NCBI GenBank assembly: GCA_009914755.4
Contig: CP068257.2
Coordinates: 7,136,001 to 7,200,000 of the forward strand
Length of the DNA: 64,000 nt
Source of the DNA: the human T2T-CHM13v2.0 reference genome, Homo sapiens
Direction: 5' to 3'
A program made the translations under genes and the position numbers. Positions within the stretch are counted from its first letter, which is position 1, and every line of letters begins with the position of its first letter. The notes beneath the pieces were generated by a model that ran no database searches, was not told where the DNA came from, and saw only the letters and a program-made list of their open reading frames with translations. Positions 1 through 15,000 of the stretch are shown piece after piece.

Positions 1-3000
1 GAATGGAATGGAATGGATTTGAATGGAATGGAATGGACTCTAATGGAATGGAATGTGCTCGAATGGAATGGAATGCTTTGGAATGCACTCGAATGGAATA
101 GAATGTATTGGAAGGGACTCAAAAGAAATAGAATGGAATGGACTCGAATGGAATGGAATGGACTCTAATGGAATGGAATGGAATGGAATGGAATGGACTC
201 GAATGGAAAGGAATGGAACGGAGTGGAATGGAATGGAATCGGCTTCAATGGAATAGAATGCAGTGCAATTGAAAGGTCTCTAATGAAAGGGAATGGAAAG
301 GACTCGAATGCAATGGAATGCACTCGAATGGAATGTAATTGATCGGAATAGACTCGAATGTAACGGAATGGAATGGACCCAATTGGAATGGAACGGAATG
401 GAATGGAGAAGAACAGAATGGAATGAAATGGAATGCATTGGAATGGAATGGAATGGAATTGAATGGAATGCAATGGAAGAGATAGGAATGGAATGGAATG
501 GAAGGGACTCCAATAGAATGGAAGGGACTCCAAAGGAATGGAATAGAATGGAATGGAATAGATAGGATTGGAAAGAAATTGAATGGAATGGACTCGAATG
601 GAATGGAATGGAATCGAAAGGAATGTAATGGAAAGAATGGACTCGAATGGAATGCAATGGAATTGACTTAAGTGGAATGGAATGGAATGGACATGAATGG
701 AACGAAATGGAATGGAACAGACTGTAATGGAAAGGAATGGATTGGAAAGGAATGGAATGGAACGGACTCTAATGCAATGGAAAGGACTCGAGTGGAATGG
801 AATGGAATGGACTCGAATGGAATGGAAATGACTCGAGTGGAATGGAACAGAATGCAAAGGACTCGAATGGAATGGAGTGGAATGTATTTGAAAGGAATGG
901 AATGGAATTGAATGGATTCGATTTGAACCGAATGCAATGGCATGGAATGGACTCGAACGGAATGTAATGTAATGGAATGAAATGGGATCGAACGGAATGG
1001 AGTGGAATGGACTCAAATGGAAAGGAATGGAATGGAGTAAAATGGAATGGACACGAAAGGTATGCAATGGAATTGAGTGGACTCAATAGGAATGCAATGG
1101 AAAAGAATGTAATGAAATGGAATGGACTCTAAAGGAAAGTAATGGAATGAAAAGTGCTGAAATGGAATAGAATGGAATGTAAAAAATTGTGACAGAATGG
1201 ACTCGAAGGGAATGCAGTTGAATTGAATGGACCTGAAAGCAATGGAATGGAATGTAACGGATTGGAAGGGAATATAATGGAATGAAATGGAAAAGACTCG
1301 AATGGAATTGAATAGAATGGAATGGACTAGAATGAAATTGTAGAGGAATGGAATGGAATGGAATCGACTAGAGAGGAATGGAATGGACTCGACTGAAATG
1401 GAATGCAGTGGAATGGACTCGAATGGAATGCAATGGAATGGAATAGACTCGAATGGAATGGAATGGAATGGAATGAAATGGAATGGAAGCACATGAAATG
1501 GAATGAAATAGAATGGATTCGAATGGAATGGAATTGAATGGGATGGAATGCAATGGAATCAAATGGAATGGACTTGAAATGAATGGAATTGACTCGAATG
1601 GAATATGGAATGGAATGGAACGGAATGGAATGGAATGGAATTGACTCAAATGGAATGCAATGCAATGGAATGGATTGGAATGGAATGGACTCGAATGAAA
1701 TGGAATGGAAAGGACTCGAATGCAATGGAATGGACTCGAATGAAATGTAATTGATTGGAATGCACTCCAATGGAATGGAATGGAATGGAATGGACTCTAG
1801 TGTAATGCAATGGAAAGGAATCGAATGGAATACAATGGAATGGAATGTATTCGAGAAGAATGGAATGGAATGGATATGAATGAAACAGAATGGAGTGGAA
1901 CGGAGTGGAATGGAATGGAACCGAATGGAATGGAACGGAATGGAATGGAATGGGATGGAACAGAATGGAATGGAATGGAACACAGTCTAATGGAATGGAA
2001 TGGAATGGAATGGAATGGAATGGACAGGAATGGAATGAAATGGAATGGAATGGTATGGACTTGAATGAGATGGAATGGAATGGAATCGAATGGAATAGAA
2101 TGGACTTGAGTGGAAAGGAATGGAATTGGCTCAAATGGAATAGAATTGAATGGACTCGAATTGAATGGAATGGAATGCAATGGACAGGACTGGAATGGAA
2201 TGGAATGGAATGGAATGGAATCGAATGTAATGGAAGGGAATAGAATGGGTTTGAATGGAATGGACCTTTAAAGAATGGAATGGAATGGAATGGAATGAAG
2301 TGGCCTCAAATGCAATGGAATGTATCGGGATGGACACGAATGAAATGGAATGGACTCAAATGGAACGGAATAGAATGGAATCAACTCGAGTGCAATGGAA
2401 TGGAATGGAATGGATCCGAATTGAATGAAACGAAATGGAACGGAATGGAATCGCATGGAATGGAAGAAACTCAAATGGAATAGAATGGAATAGACTCGAA
2501 TTGAATGGAATGCAATGGAATGGACTCGAATGGAATGTGATAGAATGGACTTGAATGGAATTCAATGGACTTGAAAGGAATGGAATGGAATGCAATTGAA
2601 TGGAATCCAATGGAATGCAATGGAATTGACTCGAATGGAATTGAATGGAGTGGCCACGAGTGGACGGGGTGGAATGGAATGTACTGGAATTGAATGGAAT
2701 GCAATGGAATGGCCTCAAGGGGAATGGAATGGAATGGAATTGAATGGACTCGAATCAAATGTAATGGAATGGAATGGAATGGACTCGAGTAGAATGGAAT
2801 GGACAAGAAAGGAATGGATTGGAATGGAATGGAATGGACCTGAATGGAATGGAATGCAAAGGAATCGAATAGGATGGAATGTATTGGAATGGACTCGAAT
2901 GGAATGGATAGGAATGGACCCGAATGGAATTGAGTGGAATGGTCTCGAGTGGAATGGAAAGGAATGGAATGAACTCGAATGCAATGGAATGGAATGGACT

Positions 3001-3940
3001 CGAATGGAATGGAAAGAATGGACCCGAATGGAATGGAATGGAATGGAATGGTATGGTGTGGAATGTAATGGATTTGAATGGAATAGGATAAATGGAATGG
3101 AATGGATTCGAAAAGATTGGAATGGAATGAACTAGAATGGAATGGAATGGACATGAATGGAACGGAATGGAATGGAATGAACTCGAATGGAATACAATGG
3201 AATTTAATGGAATGTACTCTAATGGAATGGAAAGGAATGGACTTGAATGGAATAGAATGGATGAGACTCTAATGGAATGGAATGCAAGGGAATGGACTCA
3301 AATGGAATGGAATGGAATTGACTCAAATGGTATGGAAAGGAATTGAATGCACTCGAAAGGATTGGGATGGAGTACAGTGGAATGGACTCGAATGGAATGG
3401 AATGGAATGAACTCGAATGCAATGTTATGCAATGGAATGGACCCAAATGGAATGGAATGTAATTGACTGGAATGGAATTGAATGGAATGGACCCGAATGG
3501 AATGGATTGGAATGGAATAGAATGGAATGGAATGAAATGGAAAGGAATGGAATGGACTCGAATGGAATGAAATGGAATGGACTCGAATGGAATGCAATGG
3601 TATGGACTGGGCTCAAATGGAATGGAATGGAATGGAATGGAAAAGAATGGAGTGGAATAGAATGGACTGCAATGTAATGAGTTTGGAATGGACTGGAATG
3701 GAATGGAATGGAATGGGATGGAATGGAATGGGATGGAATGGACTCAAATGGAATGGCATGGAATGGAATGGAATGGACACAAATGCCATAGAATGGAATG
3801 GACTCGAATGGAATTTAATGGAATTGACTCAAATGGAATGGAATGCAATTGAATGGTCTCGAAAGGATTGGGAAGGAATAGAGTGGAATGGACTCGAATG
3901 GAGTGGAATAGAAAGAATTTGAATGGAATGGACTGGGATC
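1..3940 (+). repeat. GGAAT-dominant satellite block with GGACTCGAATGG / GGACTCAAATGG / GGACTTGAATGG punctuation
   Basis: Direct reading: runs of ggaatggaatgg interrupted every ~30-80 bp by gactcgaatgg or its variants. Few GGAGT units. Confidence 0.8.
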
Positions 3941-4800
3941 GAATGGAGTGAAATGGGGTAGAAAGGAGTGGAATGGATTTGAGTGGAGTAGGATGGGAAG
4001 GAGCAGAGTGGAGTGGAGTGGAGTGTAATGGGACGGAATGGAATGCAATGGTCTCGAATGGAATCAATTGGAATGTGGTGAAGTGGATTGGAGTGGAGTG
4101 GAATGGAATGCGGTTGAATGGAATTCAATGGAGTGGAGAGGAATGGAGTGGAATGGAATGGGAAAAAATGGAATTGAACGGATTGGAGTGGACTGGAGTG
4201 GAGTGGAGTATAATGCAATGGAATGGGATGGAGTGCAGCGAATTGGAATGAAGTGGAATGCAACTGAATGGAATGGAATGGAGTGATGTGAAGTGGAGTG
4301 GAGTTCAATGGAGAGGAATAAGGAGGAGTGGAGTGGAGTGGAATGGAGTGGAATGCAATTGAATGGAATAGAATGGAGTGATATGAGGTGGAGTGAAGTG
4401 GAGTGGGGTGGCATGGAGTGGAATGGGGAGAAGTGGAGTTGATTGAAGTGGACATGTATGGAATGGAGTGGAGTGGAGTGGAATGATTTGTGGTGGAGTG
4501 TAGTGGATTGGAGTGGAATGGAATATAGTGGAGTGGAATGGAATGTGGTGGAGTGGAGTGGAGTGAATTAGAGTGGAGTGCAGTGGAAGGTAATGGAAAT
4601 GAATGGAAAAAAATGGAATGGAGTGGAGTGGAGTGAAATGGAGTGGAATGGAGTGCAATGGAAAGGAATGGATTGGAATGGAATGGAGTGCAATGGAATG
4701 GACTGTAGTGGAATGGAATGGAGTGGAATAAAATGGAATGGATTGGAATGCAATGAAGTGGAATGGGATGAAATAGAATGGAATGCAATGCAATGAAGTG
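3940..4800 (+). repeat. GGAGT-variant-rich island (GGAGTGGAGTGGAATGG...) embedded in GGAAT satellite
   Basis: The sequence switches to gagtggagtggagtg, gaagtggagtgg and gattggagtgg units from ~3,940, then returns to ggaatgg/gactcgaatgg at ~4,800. Confidence 0.75.
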
Positions 4801-5510
4801 GAATGGAATGAAATGGAATGGAATGGAATGGAATGGACTCGAATGGAATGGACTGGAATGGAATGGACTGGAATGTAATAGATTGGAATGGAATGGACAC
4901 AAATGGAATGGACTCAAATCTAAAGGAATCGATTGGAATGCAACAGAATGCAATCAAATGGAATGTAAAGGAATAGAATGGAATGGAATGGAATGGAATG
5001 GAATGGAATGAACTCGAATGGAATTCACTGGAAAGCAATGGACTGTAATGGAATAGACTGGAATGGAATGGACTCGAATGGAATGGAGTGGAAGGGAATT
5101 GTCTCGAATGGAATGGAATCAAAAGGAATGGAATGGCACAGTCTTAAATTTAATGCAATCGAATGGAATGGAAACGAATGGAAATTAATCAATTGAAATG
5201 GAAATGTATAGAATAGAAAGGAATGGAATGGAATGGAAAGGAGTGGAATGGAATGGAATGAAATGCAATCGAATGGAATGGCATCGAATGGAATGGAATG
5301 GAATAGAAGAGAATGGAATGGAATGGAATGGACTCGAATGTAATTGACTAGAATGGAATGGACTCGAAAGGAATGGACTCGAATGGAATGGAATAGAATG
5401 GAATGGAATCGAAAGGAATGGAATGGAAACGAATGGAAGAAAAGCGAATGGAATTGAATCGAATTGAATTAAATCAAATGCAGTTTAATCAAATGGAATG
5501 GAATTAAATG
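4800..5510 (+). repeat. GGAAT-dominant satellite block (actcgaatgg / aatcgaatgg punctuation)
   Basis: Direct reading. It ends in an AT-rich degenerate stretch (gaattgaattaaatcaaatgcagtttaatcaaatgg) just before GGAGT units resume at ~5,510. Confidence 0.7.
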
Positions 5511-8500
5511 GAAGGTAGTGGATTGGAATGGAATGGAATGGAGTGGAATGGAATGGAATGGACTTGAATGGAATGGTATGGAGTTGAGTGAAGTGGAGTG
5601 CATGGAGTGGAGGGGAAAGGAGTGGAATGGAATGGAATGGGAAGGAATTGAATTGAACGGGGTGGAGTGGATTGGAGGGGACGGCAATATAATGGAATAG
5701 AGTGGAGTGGAGTGGAATGGAATGGAATGCAGTGGAATTGAATGGAGTGGATTGGATTGGAATGGAGTGGAATGCAATGGAATGGAGTGGAGTGGAGTGC
5801 AGCGGAGCGGAGTGGAAAGGAGTGGAATGGAATGCAATGAAATGGAATGGAGTGGAATGGAGTTGAGTGGAATGGATACAATGGATTTGAGAGGAATAGA
5901 GTGGAATGGAATGGAATGGAATGGACTTGAATAGAATGGAGTGGAATGGAATAGAATGGAATCGAACGGAATGGAATGGAAGGGAATGGACTCGAATGGA
6001 ATGGACAGGAATTGAATGGAATTGAAAGGAATGGAATTGTGTGGCATCAAATGAATTCGAATGGAATGCGGTGAAGTGGAGTTGAGTGGAGTGGAATGCA
6101 GTGGAATGGAAAGTGGTGGAAAGGAATTGAATGGAGTGGAGGGGAGATGAATGGAGTGGAATGGAATTGAATGGGAAAAAATGCAATTGAACTGAATGGA
6201 GTACAGTGGATTGGAGTGGAGTGGAGTGGAACAAAATGGAATGGAGTGGAGTGGATTGGAGTGGATTGGAGTGGAATGGAGTGAAATGGAGTGGAGTGGA
6301 ATGTATTGGAATGGAATGGAGTGGAATGGAATGGATTGGAGTGGAGTGGAGTGTAATGGAGTGGAGTGTCATGGAGTGGAGTGGAGAGGAGTGGATTGGA
6401 GTGGAATGGAGTGAAATGAAATGGAAGGGAGTGGAGTGGCATTGAGTGGAGTGGAATGCAATGGAGTGGAGTGGAATAGAAAGGAATGGAATGGAATGCA
6501 ATGTTGTGGAATGGAATTGAATGGAATGGACTCGAATGGAATATAATTCAATGAAATGGAATGCAATGGAATGGAATAGAATTGAAGAGAATGGAATTTA
6601 ATGGCATCGAATGGTATCAAATGACTTGCGACTAAGAGGATTGGAAGGGAATGGAGAGGAGCCGAATGGAATGGAATGAAATGGAATGTATTGGACTGGA
6701 ATGGAGAGGGGTGGCGTGGACTGGAGTGCCGTGGAGTGGAGTAGAATGGAATGGATCGGAGTGGAATGGAATGGAATGGAGTTGAATGAAACGGAATGGA
6801 AGGGAATGGAATGGAATGGAATGCAATGGAATGGAATCGAATGGCATCGAATTTAATCAAATGGAATGCGATGAAGTTGATTGGAGTGCACTACAGTGGA
6901 GTGGAATGGAATGGGGTGCCATGGAAATGAATGGAGTGGAGTGGCACGGAATGGAGTAGAATGGAATGGAATGGGAAGGATTGGAATTGAACGCAGTGGA
7001 GTGCAGTGGAGTGGAACGTAATGGAATGGAATGTAAAGGTCTGGAGTGGAGTGGATTTGAGTTGAATGGAAAGCAGTGGAGTGGAAAGGAGTACAGTGGA
7101 ATTGTTGGAAAGGAATGGAATGGAGTGGAGTGGAGTGGAATGCAGTGGAATTGAGTGGAGTGGAGTGGAGTGGAATGGAATGGTGTGGAGTTGAATATAT
7201 TATAGTGGAGTGGAATGGAGTAGAAAGGAAAGGAGTGGAGTAGAATTGGTGGAATGGAATGGAATACAATAGAGTGGAGTGGAGTTAAGTAGAATGTAAT
7301 GTAGTGGAAGGGAATGGAATGGAAAGCAATGGAATCGAAGAGACTCCAATGGAATGTAATGGAATTGAATGAAATTGAATGTAATGGCATCGAATGGAAT
7401 GCAATCAAATGGAATGGACTCAAATAAAATGGAATCTAATGGAATGGAATTGAAGGGCATCGAATGTAATCGAATTCAATGAGTTAAAGAGGACGGAGGT
7501 GCAGTGTTATGGAGTGGAACGGAATAGAACAGGAAGGAATGGAGTTTACTGGAGAGTGGTGGAGTGGAGTGGAGTGGAATGCAATAGAAGTGAAAGGAAT
7601 GGAGTGGAATGGAATGGATTGGAGTGGCATGGAGTGGAGTGGAGTGGAATGCAGTGGAATGGAGTAGAATGGAGAGGAATGGAATGGAGTGGAATGGAAT
7701 GGCGTGGAGAAGAATGGAGTGAAGTGAAAAGGAGTGGAGTGGAGTGGAATGGAATAGAATGGATTGGAATGGAATGGAATGGATTGCAATGGACCCAAAT
7801 AGAATGGAATCAAATGGAATGGAACCGAATGGAATGGAATCAAAGGGAATCGAATCTAACCGAATGGAATGCAGTGAAGTGCAGTGAAGTGGAATGGAAA
7901 GGATTGGAATGGAATCGAATAGAAAGGGGTGGAATGGAAGTGAATGGAGTGGAGTGGAGTGGACTGGAGACGAATGGAAAGGAAAGGGAAGGAATGGAAT
8001 TGAACGGAGTGGATTGGAGTGGAATGGAATGGAGTGGAATTCAATGGAATGGAATAAAATGGAGTGAAGTGGAGTGGAGTGCATAGGAATGGAATGAAGT
8101 GTAGTGGAGTGAAACGGAGTGCATTGGAGTGGAATGAAATGGAGTGGAGTGGAATGGAACAGAAAGGAATAGAGTGGAGTGGAGTGGAATTGAATACAAT
8201 GGAAAGGAATGGTTTCGAATGGAATGAAATGGAATGGAATTGAAGGGAATTTAAAGGAATGAAGGGAGTGGACGGGAATGGAATGGATTGGAATGGAACG
8301 GAAACAAATGGAGCGGACTGGAAACGAATGGACTGGAATGGAAGGGACTGCAATGGAATGGACTCGATTGGAATTTTATCGATTGGAATGGAATCGAATG
8401 GAAGGTAATAAATGGAATGGAAACGAATGGAATGGAATCGAATGGAATGGAAAAGAAAAGCATCAAAAGGAAACAAATGGAAAGGGGTGAAGTGGAGTGT

Positions 8501-11500
8501 AGTGGAGTCGAAGGGAGTGGAATGGAATGGAATGGGGTGTAATGGAATTTAATGGAGTGGAGTGGAATTGAGTGGTATGGGATGGAATTAAAAAGAATGG
8601 AATGGATTGTAGTGAGGTCGAGTGGAGTGGGATGGAGGAGAGTCGAGTGGAATGGAATGAATTCGAATAGTATAGAATGGAATGGATTCGAATGGAAAAG
8701 ACTCGAATATAATAGAATGAAATGAAATGGACTCGAATGGAATGGAATCTAATTAAAAGGAAACGAAAACAATGGAATCCAATGGAATGGAATTGAGTTG
8801 AACGGAATTGAATGGATAGTATTCAAATGGAATGGAAAGGAATGAAATGGAGGCGAATGGAATGGAATCAAATGTCATAGAATGGAATCTAATGGAATGT
8901 GTTGAAGAGGATTAGTGTGGACTGGAAAGGAGTGGAATGGAATGGGGTGGAATGGAAATTAATTGAGTGTAGTGGATTGGAATGGAGTTGAAAGGAATGG
9001 AATGGGCAAGAATGGAATGCGAAGGAATGGAGTTGAAAGGAGTGGAGTGGAGTCGAGTGGAGTGGTATGGAATGCAATGGAATGGAATAGGAAGGAATGG
9101 AATGGAATGGAATGGAGTGTAGTGGAATGAAATGGAATTTAGTGGAATGGAATGGAGTGGAATGAATGGAACGGAATTGAATGGAATGGAATGGAGTGGA
9201 GTGGAATTTAGTGGACTGGAGTGGAATGAAATGGAATGGAATGGAATGGAAAGGTATGGAATGGAAGGGAATGGAATGGATTTAAATGGAATGGTCTCAA
9301 ATGGAATGAAATTGAAAGGAAAGGAATCGAATGCATTGGAATTAAGTGGAATGGAATCAAATGGAATGGAATCAAAAGTAATAGAAATGAAGAGAATGGA
9401 ATCGAGGGGAAAGGAATAGAATGACTTCGAATGGAATCGTATGGAATGGAGTGAGGTGGAGTGGAGTGGAATGGAGTGCAATGGAGTGGAATGGAATGGA
9501 GCGGAGTGGAATGAAGAGCAATGGAATAGAAAGGAATAGAATGGAATGGAATGGAGTGGAATGGAGTGCAATGGAGTGGAATGGATAGGAATAGAGTGGA
9601 ATGGAATGGAATGGAGTGGAATGGAATTGAATGGAATGGAGTGGAATGGAATGAAGTGGAATGGAATGGAAAGGAACGGAATGGAATGGACTGGAGTGGA
9701 ATGGAGTGGATTAGAGTAGAATGGAATGGAATGGACTCTAATGGAATGGAAAAGAATGGAATGGATTCTAATTGAAAGGCATCGAATGGAAGGGAATCGA
9801 ATGGCATCGAATGGAATAGAATGGAATGTGATGAAGTGTTGTGGGGTGGATTGCAAAGGAGGGGAATGTAATGAGTTGGAATGGAATTGAATGGAGTGGT
9901 GTGGAGCAGAGTGGAATTGAGTGAAATAAAATGGAATGGCGAGGAATGGAAAGGGATGGAATGGAACTGAATGGAGTCGATTGGAAGGGAGTGGAATGGA
10001 GTGGAATGGAATGGAATCGGAAAGAAATTGAATGGATTGGAGTGGAATGGAATGCAAAGGAATGGAATGGAATGGAATCAAATGGAATGGAATGGAGGGG
10101 AGTGGAAGGTAATGGAATGGAATGGATTGGAATGTGGTCGAGTTGAGTGGAGTTCAGTGGAATTGAGTGGAGTGGAATGAAATGGAGTGGAATGGAGTGG
10201 AGTGAAATGGAATGGAGTAGAGTTGAATGGAATCGACTGGACAAGAATGGAATGGAATGGAATGGAATGGAATGGACTTGAATGGAAAGGACTGGAATGG
10301 AATGTACTCCAAAGGAATGCATTTGAATTTAATGGAACCGAATGGAATGGAATCGAATGGAATGGAAGTGAATGGCATCGAACGGAATCGAGTTGAATGC
10401 AGTGAACTGGAGTGGAGAGGAGTGGAATGGATTGGAATTGAGTGGAATGGAAAGGAATGGGAAGGAATGGAATGGAATGGAGTGGAGGGGAGTGGAGTCG
10501 AGTGGAGGGGAGTGGATTCGAGTGGAGCGGATTGAAATGCAATGGAATGCAATGGAAGGGATTAGAGTGGAGTGGAGGGGAATGGAGTGGAGTGGAATGG
10601 AATGGAATAGAATGGAATCGAAAGCAATAAAATCGAATTCAATGGAAGTGAAGGGCATCGAATGCCATCGAATGGAGAGAGGTGAAGTGGAGTGGAGTGT
10701 TACGGAGTGGAAGGGAATGGGGTGGAATGGAAGAGAATGGACTGGAGTGGCGTGGAATGGAGTGTAATGGAATGGAATGGGAAGGAATGGAATTGAATGG
10801 ATAGGAGTGGAGTGGATTGGAATGGAATGGAAAGGAAAATAATGGGGTGGAGTGGAGTGGAGTGGACTAGAGTGCAGTCGAATGGAGTGGAATGGAGAGA
10901 AATTCAATGGAATGGAAAAGAGTAATGGAATGGAATGTAGTGGAGTGTAGTGAAGAGGAAAGGAATGAAATGGACTGGAATAGAATAGAATGGAATGGAA
11001 TGGAACGGAATGGAATGGACACGAGTGGAATGGAACCGAAAGGAATGTACTCGAATGGAATGGAATCGAAAGGATGGGAATAGAAAGGAAATGGATCGAA
11101 TGGAATGGAATTGAATGGAGTGGAATCGAATGGACTGGAAGCAAATGACATCGAATGGAAATGAATGGAATGCGGGGAAGGGGAGTGGAGTGAAGGGGAG
11201 TGGAGTGGAGTGGATTGGAATGGAATGGGGTGGAATGGAATTCAATGGAGTGGAGTGGAGTCAAGTGGAATGGAGTAGAATGGAATAAAATGGAATGGAA
11301 TCCAATGGAATGGACTGGAATTGAGTAGAATGGAATGGAATGGAATGGCATGCAATGGAATGGAAGCTACTGGAATGGCATCAATTAACATCGAATGGAA
11401 TTGAATGAGGTGGAGTGTAGTGGAGTGTAATGGAATGGGGTGGAATGGAATTGAATGGAGACGAGTGGAGTGGAGTGGAATGGAATGGAATGGAATGGAG

Positions 11501-14099
11501 TGGAGTGGAATGGAATGGAGATGAACAAATTGGAGTGCAAAGGAGTGGAATGGAAAGCAATGGAATGGAAAGGAATAGAATGGAATGGAATGGAATGCAA
11601 TGCAGTGGAATAGAATGGAGTGGAGTGGAATGGAATGGAATGGAGTGGAGAGGAATGGAATGGAATGGAGTGGAATGGAATGAAGTGGAATGGAATGGAA
11701 AGGAACAGAATGGAATGGACTGGAGTTGAATGGAGTGGATTGAAGTGGAATGGAATGGACTCGAATGGAATGGAAACGAATGGAATGGATTCTAATGGAA
11801 TGTCATCGAATGGAAGGGAATCGAATGGCATCAAATGGAATAGAAAAGAATGAGGTGAAGTGTTGTGTGGAGTGCAACGGAGTGGAATGGAATGAGAAGG
11901 AATGGAATTGAATGGAGTGGTGTGGAGCAGGGTGGAATGGAGTGGAATGAAAAGTAATGCGAAGGAATGGAATGAGACAGAATGGAACTGAATGGAGTTG
12001 ACAGGAGTGGGGTGGAATAGAGTGGAATGGAATGGAATCAGAAGGAAAGGATTTGAATGGATTGAAGTGGAATGGACTGGAGTGGAATTCAATGCAAAGG
12101 AATGGAGTGGAATGGAATGGAATAAAATGGAATGGAATGGAGTGGAATGGACTGGAGTGGAATGGAATACAAACGAATGGAAAGGAACGGAATTAAATGG
12201 AATGGAATGGAGTGGAATGGAGTGGAATGAAGTGGAATGGAATGGAGAGGATTAGAAGGTAATGGAATGGAATGGAATGAAATGCGGTCGTGTGGAGTGG
12301 AGTTTAGTGTAATAGGGTGGAGTGCAATGAAATGGAGTGGAGTGGAGTGAAATGGAATGGAATAGAGTTTAATGGAATGGAGTGGAGTGGAATGGAATGG
12401 AATGGAATGGAATGGACTTGAACGAAAAGGACTGGAATAGAATGTACTAGAATGGAATGCACTTGAATTGAATGGAATCGAATGGATTGGAATCGAAATG
12501 AATGGAATCGAACGGAATGGAATCGAATGTCGTCGAACGAAATCGAGTTGAATGCAGTGAGCTGGAGTGGAGTGGAGTGGAATGGAGTGGAATTGAAGGG
12601 AATGGAAAGGAATGGGAAGGAATGGAATGGATTGGAGTGGATTGGAGTGGAGTGGAGTTGATTGAAATGCAATGGAATGCAATAGAATGGAGTGGAGTGG
12701 AGTGGAGTGGAGGAGAATGGAGTGGAGAGGAATGGAATGGAATGGAATGGGACGGAATGGAATGGATTGCAATAACATCGAATGCAATGGAAGCGAATGA
12801 CAACGAATGCAATCGAATGGAGTGTGGTGGAGTGGAGGGGAGTGGAGTGGAATGGAGGGGAATGGAATGGAATCAGAAGGAATGGAATGGAATGGAGAGG
12901 AGTGGAGTGGAATAGAATCGAAAGGAAAGGAATAGTGTGGAGTGGAGAGGAGAGGAGTGCAGTCGAATGGAGTGGAATGGGTAGAAATTGAACGGAATGG
13001 AAGTGTAATAGAATGGAATGTAGTGGAGTGTCCTGAAGTGGAATAAAAAGAAATGGACTGGAATAGAATGGAATGGAATGGAATTGAATGGAACTGAATG
13101 GAATAGAATGGAATGGAAAGGAATGGAATGGACTCCAGTGAAATGGACCTGAATGGAATGGATCCGAATGGAATGGAATCGAAAGGAAGGGAATACAAAG
13201 GAATGGGATCGAATGGAATGGAATTGAATGGAATGGAATCGAATGGACTGGAATCGAATGGCTTTGAATGGAATCGAATGGAAAGCGGGAAAGGGTAGTG
13301 GAGTGGAGTGGATTGGAATGGAATGGGGTGGAATGGAATTGAATGGAGTGGAGTGGAGTGGATTCGAGTGGAATGGAGAGGAATGGAATATAATGGAATG
13401 GAATGGAATGTCCTGGAATGGAATAAAATGGAATGAAATGGAATGGAATGGAAGCAAACGGAATGGAATTGAACTACATCAAATGGAATCAAATGGAATG
13501 AGGTGAAGTGCAGAGGAGTGGAGTGAAATGGAATAGGTTGGAATGGAATTGAATGGAGAGGATTGGAGTGGAATGGAATGGAATGGAATGGATAGGGAAG
13601 GAATTTAATTGAACGGAGTGGAGTGGATTGGAGTGGGGTGGAATGCAATGGAACAGTATGGAACGGAGTGGAGTGTATTGGAGTGGAGTGCAGTGGAGTG
13701 CAGTGGAATAAAGTGGAATTGAATGCAATGGAATGGAATGGAGTGGAATATAACGGAATCGATTGGAGTGGATTGGAGTGGAATGGAATGGAATAGACAG
13801 AAATGTAAAAGAATGGAATGGAATAGAATGTACTGGACTCTAATGGAATGGACTGGAAGGGAATGCAATCCAATGGAAGGGAAACGAATGGAATCATTGA
13901 ATGGAGTGGAATCAAATCTAATGGAATGGAATGAAATTGAATGGAATCGAATGGAATGCGAGGAAGTGCAGTGGAGTGGAGTGGAATGGAGTGGAATGGA
14001 ATGGGGTGGAATGGAAATGAATGGAGTGGAGTGGAATGGAATTAAATTGAATGGAATGGAAAGGAATGGAATTGAACGGAGTGGAATGGAGTGGAATTG

Positions 14100-15000
14100 A
14101 ATTCAATGGAATGGAATGGAGTGGAATGGAGTGAAATAGAGTGGATTGGAATGAAGTGGAATGGAGGGGAATGGAATGGAGTGGACTGGAGTGAAGTAGA
14201 GTGGAGTAGAATGGACTGGTATAGAATGGGATGGAGTAGAATGGAAGGATTGGAATGGAGTGGAGTGGAGCGGAGCAGAGTCTAGTGGAATGGAGTTGAA
14301 TGGAATGGGGTGGAACCGAATTGAATAGAGTCGAGTGGAGTAGAATTGAATGGAGTGGAATGGAATGGACTGGGAAGGCATGGAAATGCAAATGTTGGAG
14401 TGGAGTGGAGTGGAATGCAAATAAATGGAATGGAATGGAGTGGAGTGGAGGGAAGTGGAGTGAAGTGGAAAGGAATGGAATGGAGTGCAATGGAGTGGAG
14501 TGGAATGGAATGGAGTGGAGTGGAGCGGAGTGGAGTGAAGTGGAATGGAATGGAAAGGATGGGACTGGAGTGGAGTGGAAAGGAAGGGAATGGATTGGAG
14601 AAAAGTGGAGTGCAGTGGAGTGATGACGGATGTAATGGAATGGATTGGAGTGGAGTGGTTTGGAGTGGAGTGGAGTGGAATGGAGGGTAATGGCATGGAA
14701 TGGATTAGAATGGAATGGAATGGAATGGAAACGAATGGAATGAAATCGAATGTCATCGAATGGAATCGAATGGAATGCGGTGAAATGGATTGGAGTTGAG
14801 TAGAATAGAGTGGAATGGAATGGGGTGGAACGGAATTGAATGGAGAGGAGTGGACTGGAGTGGAATGTCGTGGAATGAAATGGAATTAGAAGGAATCGAA
14901 TTGAACAGAATGGAGTGGAATAGAGTGGAGAGAAGTGGAATGCAATGGAATAGAAAGGAATGGAATGGAATGGAATGGAAGGGAAGGGTATTGAATGGAA
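14100..15000 (+). repeat. Kilobase-scale paralogous segment A (partner at 20,100-21,250)
   Basis: Shared strings: ggagtct(a/g)g(t/a)ggaatggagttgaatggaatgggatggaac(c/a)ga(at)ttgaatagagtcgagtg(g/t)agtagaattgaat(g/a)gagtggaatgg..ggaaggcatggaaatgcaaa. Further downstream: ggagtggtttggagtggagtggagtgg..ggagggtaatgg..ggaaacgaatggaatgaaa(t/g)cgaatg(t/g)catcgaatg..gaatgc(g/t)gt(g/a)aaatggattggagttgagtagaatagagtg(g/a)aatggaatggggtggaa. Same order and spacing in both segments. Confidence 0.65.
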